From: an uncultured Chloroflexia bacterium
Lineage (GTDB): Bacteria > Chloroflexota > Limnocylindria > Limnocylindrales > CSP1-4
Direction of reading: 5' to 3'
DNA: 64,000 nt
NCBI GenBank assembly: GCA_963749705.1
Contig: CAVVNQ010000010.1
Location: 64,001-128,000, forward strand
The translations under genes and the position numbers were made by a program. Under the pieces are notes generated by a model. It was not told the origin of the DNA, did not search any database, and saw nothing but the letters and a program-made list of their open reading frames with translations. Positions 49,247-58,684 of this stretch are shown here, one piece after another. Numbering within the stretch: the stretch's first letter is position 1; every line of letters begins with the position of its first letter.

Positions 49247-50512
49247 TCAGACCTCGAACCGGCGGAAGATCGCGACCGCGTTCTGGCCGCCGAAGCCGAA
49301 CCCGTTGACGGCGACCGTGTCCACCTTCGCCTTGCGCGCCACGAGCGGCACGTAGTCGAGGTCGCACGCCGGGTCCGGCGTGTGGAGGTTGGCGGTGGGC
49401 GAGATGACGCCGTCGCGGATCCCGCCCAGCGCGGCGAGGGCCGAGGCGATCCCGGCGGCGCCCACGAGATGACCGATCATCGACTTGGGGGAGCTGATCG
49501 CGCGCGTCGCCGCCGCCGACCCGTACGCCGCCTTGATCGCCGTCGTCTCGGTCGAGTCGTTGAGCGATGTGGACGTCCCGTGCGCCACGATCCAGTCGAT
49601 CTCGTCGGGCGCGACGCCCGCGTTGCGCAGCGCGTTGGTCATCGCGCGCGCCTGTCCGCGACCGGACGGGTCGGGCGCCGAGATATGGAACGCATCCGCG
49701 GTCAACGCTCCGCCGATGACCTCGGCAATCGGGGTGGCGCCGCGGTTGAGCGCGTGCTCGGCGGATTCGATGACCACGACGCCGGCGCCCTCGCCCAGCA
49801 CGAACCCGTCGCGGGTGAGGTCGAACGGGCGCGATGCGGTCTCGGGCGAGTCGTTGCGCTTCGAGAGCGCGGTCATGTTCGACAGGGCGGCCACGCCCAT
49901 GGGCACGATGGGTGCCTCCGACCCACCCGCCAGGACGACGTCGCACTCGCCGGTCTGGATGAGCCGCAGCGCGTCGTTGAACGCGATGACAGATGTGGCG
50001 CAGGCGGCCACCTGGGTCATCACCGGGCCGGTCAGGTGGTACTCCATCGACAGCATGCAGCCGGCCATCGAGCCCGACAGCGCCGGAACGGCGAACGCGG
50101 ACACGAACCGGGGCCCCTTGGTGTCGTGGACGTGGGTGCCCTCGATGATCGCCTCGATGCCGCCGCCGCCGGTGTTCACGACGACCCCCACACGGTCGCG
50201 CTGCTCGGGCGTCATCGCCGCGAAGTCGATCCCGCTGTCGACGACCGCCTGCTTGCCGGCACCCATGGCGAGGTGGATGAAGCGGCTCATCCGGCGCGCC
50301 ATCTTGGGCTCCATCACCGAGGCGGGGTCGAAGTCGAGCACCTCGGCCGCGATGCGCACCTCGAACTCGCTGGCGTCGAACGAGCGGATGAGCCGGGTGC
50401 CCGTCACCGCGTTCTGGAGGTTCGACCAGTAGGTCTCGAAGTCGTTGCCGATGGGCATGACCGCTCCGAGACCCGTGACGACGGCTCGGCGCGCGAGGTC
50501 AGGGGAGGGCAC
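49247..50512 (-). CDS. fabF: Beta-ketoacyl-ACP synthase II (copy 2)
   Basis: VAACAT, HGTST, KSMIGH, NGFGFGGQN. Confidence 0.9.
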   Translation of the reverse strand: MPSPDLARRAVVTGLGAVMPIGNDFETYWSNLQNAVTGTRLIRSFDASEFEVRIAAEVLDFDPASVMEPKMARRMSRFIHLAMGAGKQAVVDSGIDFAAMTPEQRDRVGVVVNTGGGGIEAIIEGTHVHDTKGPRFVSAFAVPALSGSMAGCMLSMEYHLTGPVMTQVAACATSVIAFNDALRLIQTGECDVVLAGGSEAPIVPMGVAALSNMTALSKRNDSPETASRPFDLTRDGFVLGEGAGVVVIESAEHALNRGATPIAEVIGGALTADAFHISAPDPSGRGQARAMTNALRNAGVAPDEIDWIVAHGTSTSLNDSTETTAIKAAYGSAAATRAISSPKSMIGHLVGAAGIASALAALGGIRDGVISPTANLHTPDPACDLDYVPLVARKAKVDTVAVNGFGFGGQNAVAIFRRFEV

Positions 50513-50578
50513 GGCGCACCTTTCTGGAGACGAGGGCGACGCTGGGGTTGCGTCGCCCGGATTGTAGCGGGGCGAGGG

Positions 50579-51853
50579 TCAGCGTCCGTCCCAGCGCTTG
50601 AAGATGATCGCGCCATTGTGGCCGCCGAGCCCGATGTTGTTCGACAGCGCGTACCGGATCGGCATCGGGGTGGCCTCGGTCGTGACCCACAGGTCCGCCT
50701 CGGGATCGAACTCGCGGTAGTTGATCGTGGGCGGCGCGAGCTGCTCGGCAACGGTCATCACCGTGGCGAACGCCTCGAACGCGCCGGCGGCACCCATCAT
50801 GTGGCCGGTCATCGACTTGGTCCCGGTCACCGCCAGCGAGTGCCGGTCGCGGGCCGAGCGATCGCCGAACACGGTCCAGATCGCCTCAGCCTCGCGCTTG
50901 TCGCCGACCGGGGTCGAGGTGCCGTGCGGGTTGATGACGTCGACCTCGTCGGCTGGCACGCCACGGCGTTCCAGCGCGACCTTCATCGCGCGCGCCGAGC
51001 CGGTGCCCCGATCGATCGGCTGGATCATGTCCCAGCCGTCCGCGGCCGACCCGTAGCCCACGACCTCCGCGTAGATCCGGGCGCCACGAGCCGTCGCGTA
51101 CTCGAGATCCTCGAGGATCAGCGCGCCCGCACCCTCGCCGAGCACGAACCCGTCGCGCGACCGGTCGAACGGGCGGCTGACGTCGGTCAGCGGCTCGCCC
51201 GGGCGCGGCGAGCCCAGGCCGCGCATGTTGCCGAACCCGGCGTGGGCGACCTCGAGCAGCGGCATCTCGGTCGAGCCGGCGATCACGGTGTGGACGTCAC
51301 CGCGGCGGATCGTCTCGGCCGCCTCCCCGACGCAGTTGGTGCCGGTGGAGCAGGCGGTCACGATGCAGATGTTGTGGCCGATGGCGCCGGTCTCGATCGC
51401 GATCATCCCGGAGGTCGAGTCGACCAGGCCGTTGGCGATGAAGGTGGGCGCGACCCGGTCCGGGCCGCGCTCGGCCAGGATCCGCCAGTTGTCGATCATC
51501 AGGTTCTGGCCGCCGGCTCCGGAGCCGAACACGACCCCGATGTCCTCGCGGTTGGCGTCGGTGATCTCGAGGCCCGCGTCGGCGATCGCCTGCTTGGCGG
51601 CGCTCACGCCGAACCACATCGAGGACTCGCTGCGGCGGACGGCCTTGGGCTCCATCCAGTCGCCGGGGTTGAAGCCCGTGACCTCGCCGCCCCAGCGATG
51701 GGCATACGGCGTGAGGTCGAACTTGGTGATCTCGCCCAGGCCCGAGACGCCATTGACGAGGTTGGACCAGGCAGTGTTCTTGTCATTGCCCACGGGGCTG
51801 ACGACGCCGAGGCCGGTCACGACGACGCGGCGGGTGAAATCGGGTTGGCGCAC
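50579..51853 (-). CDS. fabF: Beta-ketoacyl-ACP synthase II (copy 1)
   Basis: VTACSTG, HGTST, KSMTGH, NNIGLGGHN. Confidence 0.9.
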   Translation of the reverse strand: MRQPDFTRRVVVTGLGVVSPVGNDKNTAWSNLVNGVSGLGEITKFDLTPYAHRWGGEVTGFNPGDWMEPKAVRRSESSMWFGVSAAKQAIADAGLEITDANREDIGVVFGSGAGGQNLMIDNWRILAERGPDRVAPTFIANGLVDSTSGMIAIETGAIGHNICIVTACSTGTNCVGEAAETIRRGDVHTVIAGSTEMPLLEVAHAGFGNMRGLGSPRPGEPLTDVSRPFDRSRDGFVLGEGAGALILEDLEYATARGARIYAEVVGYGSAADGWDMIQPIDRGTGSARAMKVALERRGVPADEVDVINPHGTSTPVGDKREAEAIWTVFGDRSARDRHSLAVTGTKSMTGHMMGAAGAFEAFATVMTVAEQLAPPTINYREFDPEADLWVTTEATPMPIRYALSNNIGLGGHNGAIIFKRWDGR

Positions 51854-51886
51854 GGGTTCCTCTCGGTTGGTTCGGTGGGACCGCCG

Positions 51887-52879
51887 TCAGGCGGTCGGCT
51901 CGGTGGCGGCGTCCATCTCCGCCGTGTCGGCGAAGGGGATCGTCAGCCGGTCGGCGGACGCCGGGTCGTCGAGGGCGATGACCTCGGCGTCGACGGCGAT
52001 CCGCTTGATGAGGCCGGTGAGGACGCGCCCGGGCCCGATCTCGATGTAGGTCCTGATCCCGTGCGCCTGCATCGCCTCGACGGCGCCGACCCAGTCGACG
52101 CCGGTGGTGAGGTGGTCGACGAGCTCGGCGCGACAGGCGTCGGCGGTCGTGATCAGGTGCGCATCGGCGTTCGCGACCAGCGGCGGCTCCGGGTCGCGGA
52201 AGGTGATCCCGGCAAGCACGCCGCGCATGGCATCGGCGGCCTGCGCCATCAGGGGTGAGTGCGCGGCGACCGAGACCGGAAGCTCCAGCGCGCGGCGCGC
52301 GCCGAGCGCCTTCGCGATCGCCAGCGACGCCTCCACCGCCGGCCGCTCCCCGGACACGACGACCTGGCCCGGCGAGTTCCGGTTCGCAACGCCGAACACG
52401 CCGTGCGCCGACGCCTGCGCGACGAGCTCGGGCAGGCGGGCGTCGTCGAGGCCGATGATCGCGGCCATCCGCCCCTCGCGTCCGGCGCCCGATGCCTGCA
52501 TCTGGCGCCCGCGCTCCCGGACCAGCCGAACGGCATCGGCGAGATCCAGGGCACCGGCCGCGACCAGCGCCGAGTACTGGCCCATCGAGTGGCCGGCTGC
52601 GAAGGCGGGGGCCGGGGCGTCGATCTCGAGCTCCGCCCAGCGCGCACGGACGGCGGCCAGGTAGGCGATCGATGCCGCGAGCAGGGCGGGCTGGGCGTTC
52701 TCGGTCCGGTTCAGGACGTCCTCGGGCCCGTCCCACGCGAGCCGGCTGATCGGCTCGCCGAGCGCCGCATCGGCGGCCTGGAACACGGCAGCGGCCGCGG
52801 GCGAGGTTTCGGCGAGGGCACGGCCCATCCCGACGACCTGGCTGCCCTGGCCGGGAAAGACGTAGGCAATCTGGCTCAT
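51887..52879 (-). CDS. fabD: Malonyl-CoA:ACP transacylase
   Basis: FPGQGSQ, GHSMG, RGRQMQ, AHS, EIGPG. Confidence 0.93.
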   Translation of the reverse strand: MSQIAYVFPGQGSQVVGMGRALAETSPAAAAVFQAADAALGEPISRLAWDGPEDVLNRTENAQPALLAASIAYLAAVRARWAELEIDAPAPAFAAGHSMGQYSALVAAGALDLADAVRLVRERGRQMQASGAGREGRMAAIIGLDDARLPELVAQASAHGVFGVANRNSPGQVVVSGERPAVEASLAIAKALGARRALELPVSVAAHSPLMAQAADAMRGVLAGITFRDPEPPLVANADAHLITTADACRAELVDHLTTGVDWVGAVEAMQAHGIRTYIEIGPGRVLTGLIKRIAVDAEVIALDDPASADRLTIPFADTAEMDAATEPTA

Positions 52880-52981
52880 CGGATCAGAGCGTACGCCGGG
52901 TCCGTGGCAATTCGTCGCAAGTCCATGCACGCTTGCAGGATTCTCGGGCCGAACGTACGCTCAGGCGGTGAGATTCAGGTC

Positions 52982-53638
52982 GTGAGCGAGCCATCGGACA
53001 AGCCAGCCCCGCCGATCCGCGCTCGCCGGTACCGCGTTCGCTCGAGCGATCCCGCCGCCGGACCGGAGCTGCCCGAGGCGCTCCTCCGGTCACGCCGGCG
53101 CGGAGCCCCCGGCCGGGTCATCGCGCGCGTGTTCGAGGCAGACCTTTCGGCGCCAGTCGTCGCGGCGGGCATGCGGATCCAGAACGTCCGCCAGATCTCC
53201 GAGCGGGTGGCCATGGGCCGGGCGTTGTGGCGCGAGCTCGTCGTCGGGTTCGCCTACCAGCTGGGCGAGCTCAACCTCGGGTTCACGCAGCTGGCGGCGC
53301 TGTACGTGCTGGCCGAGGGCGCCACGACCACGGTCGCCGATCTCGCTGAAGCGATCGGGCGGTCGCCGTCGGCGACCTCGCGGCTGGTCGACGGGCTGGT
53401 CAAGCGGCGTCTCGTGGAGCGCCGTCGCGAGGAGGATGACGCTCGACTCCGTTCGGTGTGGCTCACGCCGCGCGGCCAGGCGGTCCTGCGGATGGTCGAC
53501 CGGGCCCGCGCGGAGCAGTTCCTGTCGGCCGTTCGCCCGATGCCACGCAGCGAGCGCGCGCTGGTGGCCATGGGCGTCGCCGCGCTGGCGACGCATGCGA
53601 TCTCGCGCCGCGGGCGCCTGGTCCGCGGCGGCGGCTGA
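52982..53638 (+). CDS. MarR family transcriptional regulator
   Basis: LAEAIGRSPSATSRLVDGLVKRRLVER..DAR..LTPRG; start uncertain. Confidence 0.85.
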   Translation: MSEPSDKPAPPIRARRYRVRSSDPAAGPELPEALLRSRRRGAPGRVIARVFEADLSAPVVAAGMRIQNVRQISERVAMGRALWRELVVGFAYQLGELNLGFTQLAALYVLAEGATTTVADLAEAIGRSPSATSRLVDGLVKRRLVERRREEDDARLRSVWLTPRGQAVLRMVDRARAEQFLSAVRPMPRSERALVAMGVAALATHAISRRGRLVRGGG

Positions 53639-53721
53639 CGCCGCGCCGCGCCGCGCGTCAGGACGGCGGCGAACCCTCGACGGATTGACACGGCCCGCGG
53701 CTCGCGCGCACGCTCGGGAGC

Positions 53722-54312
53722 ATGAGCACCCGACGCGTGTCCTGGCGCCGCTCGGACGAGATCCGGGCGGACGAGCATTGCACGATCACGTTCCGGAACG
53801 AAGGGCTGTCCCTCGTCGGCACGGTGATGGGCGCGGATCGCGGTGTCCCGATCCGGATCGAGTACCGGGTCCTCGTCGGCGCCACCGGGGAAACCACGGC
53901 CGTCCATGTCCGCGATCTGCGTGGGTTTGCCCAGCGGACGCTCACGCTGGACCGGGATGCGAAGGGCAACTGGTCCGTCAACGGCGCGCCCGCCCGCGCG
54001 CTCAGGGGCTGCATCGATGTCGACCTGGGCTGCAGCCCGTCGACCAACACGCTGCCCATCCGACGGCTGCGCCTCGGCGTCGGACGGTCGAAGACGATCC
54101 AGGCAGCGTGGGTCCGCTTTCCCGAGCTGTCAGTGGAGAAGGCCGCCCAGACCTACTCCCGATTGGACGAGCTCACGTATCGATATGCGAGCGGCACGTT
54201 CGAGGCGGAGCTGATCGTCGACGATGACGGCGTGGTGGCGCGGTACGCGGAATGGGAACGCACGGGCGTGGCCTCGGGACCGGACGACACCGCGCCCCTC
54301 GACACCCGGTAG
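53722..54312 (+). CDS. Putative glycolipid-binding domain protein
   Basis: GCIDVDLGCSPSTNTLPIRRL, QTY, VDDDG.V..Y pattern. Confidence 0.75.
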   Translation: MSTRRVSWRRSDEIRADEHCTITFRNEGLSLVGTVMGADRGVPIRIEYRVLVGATGETTAVHVRDLRGFAQRTLTLDRDAKGNWSVNGAPARALRGCIDVDLGCSPSTNTLPIRRLRLGVGRSKTIQAAWVRFPELSVEKAAQTYSRLDELTYRYASGTFEAELIVDDDGVVARYAEWERTGVASGPDDTAPLDTR

Positions 54313-54387
54313 CGGCGACCGGCGGGCGAGGACGACCCGCACCGCGCCGTTCGCGGTGGCGGCACCGAGCGACCGAACCCTGTGCAT

Positions 54388-54478
54388 CGACCGGTCCGAC
54401 GCGACCGGCCCGACACGACCGGCTCGACCACGACCGGCCCGACACGACCGGCTCGACCACGACCGGCCCGACGCGACC
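54388..54478 (+). repeat. Tandem 14/15-bp repeats (CGACCGGYYCGAC-N1-2), 6 copies
   Basis: Units start at 54388, 54402, 54416, 54431, 54445, 54460; no unique spacers. Confidence 0.85.
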
Positions 54479-54552
54479 ACGCCCGCAAGTTGCTCCTCCG
54501 TGGACAATGGGGCACCGAACCAGGGCACCACACCCTGTCCGAGGAGACACTG

Positions 54553-54756
54553 ATGGAACAGCAGCACATGCTCGAGGCGGACCTGAAGCTTCAGCACCGC
54601 CACGCCGACGGCACCTGGTCCGAGCTGGTCGAGGACCACGAGCACCCGAATCCCGCCGACCGCGACGAGGAGCGGAGCTGGGCGAAGCACCGAATCTTCC
54701 GTTGCAGATCGTGCCCGGAGAGCATCACCGTCCTCCCCGGCGACAACCGAACCTGA
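54553..54756 (+). CDS. Small hypothetical His/Cys-rich protein (67 aa)
   Basis: RBS GAGGAG; HRH..HEH..CRSC; GC3 bias. Confidence 0.7.
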   Translation: MEQQHMLEADLKLQHRHADGTWSELVEDHEHPNPADRDEERSWAKHRIFRCRSCPESITVLPGDNRT

Positions 54757-54766
54757 GCGCGCTCGG

Positions 54767-56188
54767 TCACCCGCAGAACGTCGCGACCACGTCGTAGAGC
54801 ACGGGCAGGCCCCAGCGGAGCGCGTCCAGGCCGACGCGTTCGTCGACGCCGTGGAACCGCTCGAGGAACCGCTCCTCGGGGTCGAGGCGCAGCGGTGAGA
54901 ACCCGTAGGCCGGCACACCGAGCCGGACCAGGTGCTTGGCATCGGTGGCGAACGGGGCAAGGGCGGGAACCGGGATCCCGTCGGGGTCGTGCGCCCGGAT
55001 CGTGGCGGCGAGCAGGTCGTACAGCTCGCCGTCTGCCCGCGCCTCGACGGGGACGGCGCCGATCGTGTGCTCGACGCTGCAATACGGGGCAAGGTCGCCG
55101 AGTCGCGCCACGACCTCCTCGCGCACATCGCCCTCGGTGGTGCCGGGCAGCGTCCGGCAGTCGATCTCGATGGTCGCCTCGCCGGGGATCACGTTGTACT
55201 TGATCCCGCTGTGGATCACGTCGGGGCTGATCGTGTCCCGAAGCAGCGCGCGCAGGGCTCGCGCGTACATCGGGTCGCACAGCGTACGCAGCGCGGCGTC
55301 GCTCCGGCGCGGATCGTCACCGCCGATCGCTGCGGCCAGCTGTGCCTCGGACGGCGGCAGCGCGGCGGCGACCTCGGCGAGCAGGCGGCGGACCGCGTCC
55401 GTGACGCGCGGCTCGCCGGGTCGCGCGAGCCGGGTCACCACCTCGGCCGCCATCACCGCGGCGTTGTCCTCGCGTGGCATGGAGCCGTGGCCCCAGGTGC
55501 CGCGGACCGTGATCCGGTAGACCTCGAAGCCCTTCTCGGCGACCTGGATCGGGTAGAAGCGACGCCCCGCCACCTCCGCCGAAACCCCGCCGGCCTCGTT
55601 GAGGGCAGCGACCGCGCGCAATGTCTCGGGGCGGTTGTCCACGAGCCAGCCCGCGCCCTGGTGACCGCCGGCCTCCTCGTCCGGGGTGCACGCGAACAGG
55701 ACGTCGCGCCGCAGCCCGGGGATGGGATCGGTCGCCGGGTCGAGGCCCGCGTCCGTGGCGCGTCGTGCGAGCAGCGTCAGCACGCCGACCTCGAGCGCGA
55801 CCATCGACTTCATGTCCACCGCGCCCCGACCCCACAGGTAGCCGTCCGCGATGTCCGCATCGAACGGGGCATGGGTCCAGCCTTCGGGATTTGCCGGGAC
55901 GACGTCGAGGTGCGACAGCAGGAGCAGCGGCTCGCCGCCCGTGCCATCGCCGCGGAGCCTCGCGACGACGATGCCCCGGCCAGGGAACGGCTCGATGATC
56001 TCCGTGGCGATGCCCGCGCGCCCCAGCTCGTCCGCGATGCGCCGGGCGGCATCGAGCTCGGGGCCGGGCGGGTCGGGCGGGTTGATCGACGGGATCCGGA
56101 TCAGGTCCCGGAGGAAGGCGACCAGGTCGGCGTACGCCGCCGACCATCCGGCCTCACCCACGGCAACCGACGGCAGGGCCGGGGTCAC
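54767..56188 (-). CDS. M20/M25/M40 family metallo-hydrolase (ArgE/DapE-like)
   Basis: SHLDVV, GRGAVDMK, DEE, NE.GG, FHGVDER. Confidence 0.9.
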   Translation of the reverse strand: MTPALPSVAVGEAGWSAAYADLVAFLRDLIRIPSINPPDPPGPELDAARRIADELGRAGIATEIIEPFPGRGIVVARLRGDGTGGEPLLLLSHLDVVPANPEGWTHAPFDADIADGYLWGRGAVDMKSMVALEVGVLTLLARRATDAGLDPATDPIPGLRRDVLFACTPDEEAGGHQGAGWLVDNRPETLRAVAALNEAGGVSAEVAGRRFYPIQVAEKGFEVYRITVRGTWGHGSMPREDNAAVMAAEVVTRLARPGEPRVTDAVRRLLAEVAAALPPSEAQLAAAIGGDDPRRSDAALRTLCDPMYARALRALLRDTISPDVIHSGIKYNVIPGEATIEIDCRTLPGTTEGDVREEVVARLGDLAPYCSVEHTIGAVPVEARADGELYDLLAATIRAHDPDGIPVPALAPFATDAKHLVRLGVPAYGFSPLRLDPEERFLERFHGVDERVGLDALRWGLPVLYDVVATFCG

Positions 56189-56191
56189 CGG

Positions 56192-56458
56192 TCAGTACAC
56201 CGGCACGCCGACCAGGGCGCCGGCGATCCCGAGCACGAACCCGAGCGCGACGATGCCCAGCGCCATCGCCACCAGGATCCGCAGGTAGCGGCGCTCCCGC
56301 TGCAGCGTCTCGCCGATCTCCGGGTCCGTCCCGCCGGCGATGTAGGGCTGCTGGAGGCCACGCTTGCGGGCGTGGACGTTGCGTTCCGCGTCGTACTGGA
56401 CCGGGTCCGGTGGCAGCGGGGTCTGCGGCGCGGGGTCGTGATGAGCGGTGTCGGTCAC
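56192..56458 (-). CDS. Small hypothetical membrane protein
   Basis: PYIAGG..ERRY then one TM helix; -10-like CATGAT 6 nt before GTG. Confidence 0.6.
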   Translation of the reverse strand: MTDTAHHDPAPQTPLPPDPVQYDAERNVHARKRGLQQPYIAGGTDPEIGETLQRERRYLRILVAMALGIVALGFVLGIAGALVGVPVY

Positions 56459-56480
56459 GGGACCATCATGCCGTTCGGGC

Positions 56481-57479
56481 TCATCGGCTGTCGAACAGCG
56501 CCTGCAGCTCGTCCGGATCTCGCGTCGAGGCCATCCCCAGGCGCAGCAGGATCCGCGCCTTCCAGGGCTGGAGGTCGTCGGCCGCCAGCCAGCCGCGCGC
56601 GACGAGGGCGGGCACCCGTGGCACGCGACCGCTGCCCACGCGCGACGCCTGGCACACGGTGACGCCCCGGCCGGCCGCCCGCTCGAGCGCCTCGACCTCG
56701 CCCGGGGTCGGCGCGCCTGCACCGGTTCCGGAGCTCACGATCCCCTGCGCACCGGCCGCGACGGCCGCATCGACCAGCGCGCCGTCCGCGCCCTGGTAGG
56801 TGACGACGATGTCCACCCGCGGCAGCGAGCGCAGGTCGGTCGTGGCGAACCTGTCGTGGAGCGCGCTACCGCGTCCCGGCCGGTGGGCGAGCACCACCCG
56901 GCCGTCGCTGTCGGTCCAGCCGAGCGGGCCGGCCGCGCCGTCGCTGAACGCATTGGTCCGCAGCGTGTTCGACTTGGTGACGTCACGCGCGCCGTGGATC
57001 GTGTCGTCCAGCACCACGAGCGCCCCCAGACCGCGGGCCTCGGCCGACGCAGCGACGCGGACGGCATTGAGCAGGTTGAGCTGGCCGTCACCGGACATCG
57101 CGGAAGCGGGTCGCATGGCGCCCGTGACCACGATCGGTGCCTCGCCCGCGACCGTGAGGTGGAGGAGCCACGCGGTCTCCTCGAGCGTGTTCGTGCCGTG
57201 CGTGATCACGATCCCGTCCGCCTCGCCACGGTCGAGGATGCCGGTCACCAGCTCATGGAGGTCGGCAAGGTCGTCGTCCGTGATCGCGTGCGCGCGAACA
57301 CGCCGGAACTGGACCTCGGCCACCGTGGCGATCGACGCGAGCTCCGGGACGCCGGTGACGAGCGCGCCGGGCTCGAGGCGGCGACCCGTCTCGAGGTAGG
57401 CGGCCAGGTCGAGGCGATCGGTGCCCAGCGAGTCGATGGTGCCCCCGGTGGTGATGACGGCGACGCGGGGCAGGGTCAT
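56481..57479 (-). CDS. ansA: L-asparaginase
   Basis: ITTGGTI, THGTNTLEETA, TGAMRP..DG..NL, KARILL. Confidence 0.88.
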   Translation of the reverse strand: MTLPRVAVITTGGTIDSLGTDRLDLAAYLETGRRLEPGALVTGVPELASIATVAEVQFRRVRAHAITDDDLADLHELVTGILDRGEADGIVITHGTNTLEETAWLLHLTVAGEAPIVVTGAMRPASAMSGDGQLNLLNAVRVAASAEARGLGALVVLDDTIHGARDVTKSNTLRTNAFSDGAAGPLGWTDSDGRVVLAHRPGRGSALHDRFATTDLRSLPRVDIVVTYQGADGALVDAAVAAGAQGIVSSGTGAGAPTPGEVEALERAAGRGVTVCQASRVGSGRVPRVPALVARGWLAADDLQPWKARILLRLGMASTRDPDELQALFDSR

Positions 57480-58504
57480 GGCGCCCCCACCGGAGCGCCC
57501 TCGGGACGCGGCGCGCGCGCCTCCCAGTGCGGCGCCGCGGCCGGGGGCGTGTACGCCGCGACGCGCGAGATCAGGCGCCGCACCCGCAGCCCCTCCAGCG
57601 GTCCGAGCACGTACAGGGGCATCCGCTTCAGCCACACCTCGCTGCCCAGGCTGGCGGCATCGGCGCCCGCCCAGAAGTACTCGCGGCAGTCATCGAAGTC
57701 GCGGATCCCGCCGTTGGCGATGATCGGCAGCCGGATCCCGGCGTCGCGCAGCTCGGCGACCACCCGCAGCCCGATCGGCTTGATCGCCCGCCCGCTGACC
57801 GCCCCGAAGCGGTTCTTGAGCCACGGCTCGCCCGTGTCGGGATCGAGCCGCAGGCCCTTGACGGTGTTGATCGCCGTGATCCCGGCGCACCCGGACTGCT
57901 CGGCCAGCCGCGCCTGCCACAGGTAGTCCTCGTCGGGCGAGACCTTGAGGATCACCGGATGGCGGCTCCTGGGCACGGCGCGGTTGAGGCTCTCCTCGAG
58001 GATCTCGCCGAACGGGAAGTTGACGTTATGACACGAGGCGTTGAGCTCGACGGCAGCGATCTCGCCCGGCTTCACCCGCTCGTTGACGGTCTCGATCAGC
58101 TGCTCGATCTCGTCCGCGCTGAAGCCGCCCACGCTGATGATCCGGTTGAGGCCGGCGGTTCGCTCGAAGTACTCGTCGAAGTAGCGCTCGATCCCGATGT
58201 TCGACCAGCCGAATGCGTTGAGCCAGCCGGCGTCGACCCTGCGCAGCGCCCGTCCGTAGAGGCGGAGCATCTCCGGGGCCTCGGTCAGCCCCCAGTCCTC
58301 GCGCAAGGTGAAATGGCCTTCGCGCGGCCCCAGCGTCATCGTGCGCGTGGTCACCGCGCCGAACCGCTCCAGTGGAACCCACTGCGCGATCGGGGACAGG
58401 CCGTACAGGATCAGCCTGCGCCTGGACGCCCCATAGCCGAGCAGGCTGGCCGACGTGACGAGGCGGTTGCGGAGCCGGATCCCGTTGAGGTCGATGGAGG
58501 TCAC
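57476..58504 (-). CDS. Dihydroorotate dehydrogenase-like flavoprotein (class 1, divergent)
   Basis: LNAFGWSN, ELNASCHN, KVSP, INT, SGRAIKP, IANGGI. Confidence 0.7.
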   Translation of the reverse strand: MTSIDLNGIRLRNRLVTSASLLGYGASRRRLILYGLSPIAQWVPLERFGAVTTRTMTLGPREGHFTLREDWGLTEAPEMLRLYGRALRRVDAGWLNAFGWSNIGIERYFDEYFERTAGLNRIISVGGFSADEIEQLIETVNERVKPGEIAAVELNASCHNVNFPFGEILEESLNRAVPRSRHPVILKVSPDEDYLWQARLAEQSGCAGITAINTVKGLRLDPDTGEPWLKNRFGAVSGRAIKPIGLRVVAELRDAGIRLPIIANGGIRDFDDCREYFWAGADAASLGSEVWLKRMPLYVLGPLEGLRVRRLISRVAAYTPPAAAPHWEARAPRPEGAPVGAP

Positions 58505-58570
58505 GGGGGAAGTATGCCGGGCTCCGGAGCCACGCGAACCTTCGCGCCAGGCGGGTGCGTCCGCGGTCGC

Positions 58571-58684
58571 TCAGCCGCTCTCAGCCCAGCCCCTCGAACA
58601 TCGCGCGCAACGTTGCGACCTCGCGCTTGTACCGCAGCCCACGCCGCGTCGGCGATCGTCCCAGTCGTCGGGCCACGTCCTCAT
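58571..58684 (-). pseudogene. Possible N-terminal remnant of a HIT-family-like gene
   Basis: ATG overlaps the GNAT stop (ATGA); MRTWPDDWDDRRRGVGC then degenerates; family call is from memory of such N-termini. Confidence 0.3.

Noticed and set aside
54388-54478. CRISPR array or replication iterons
   Set aside because: No spacers, units too short, no rep gene or AT-rich region
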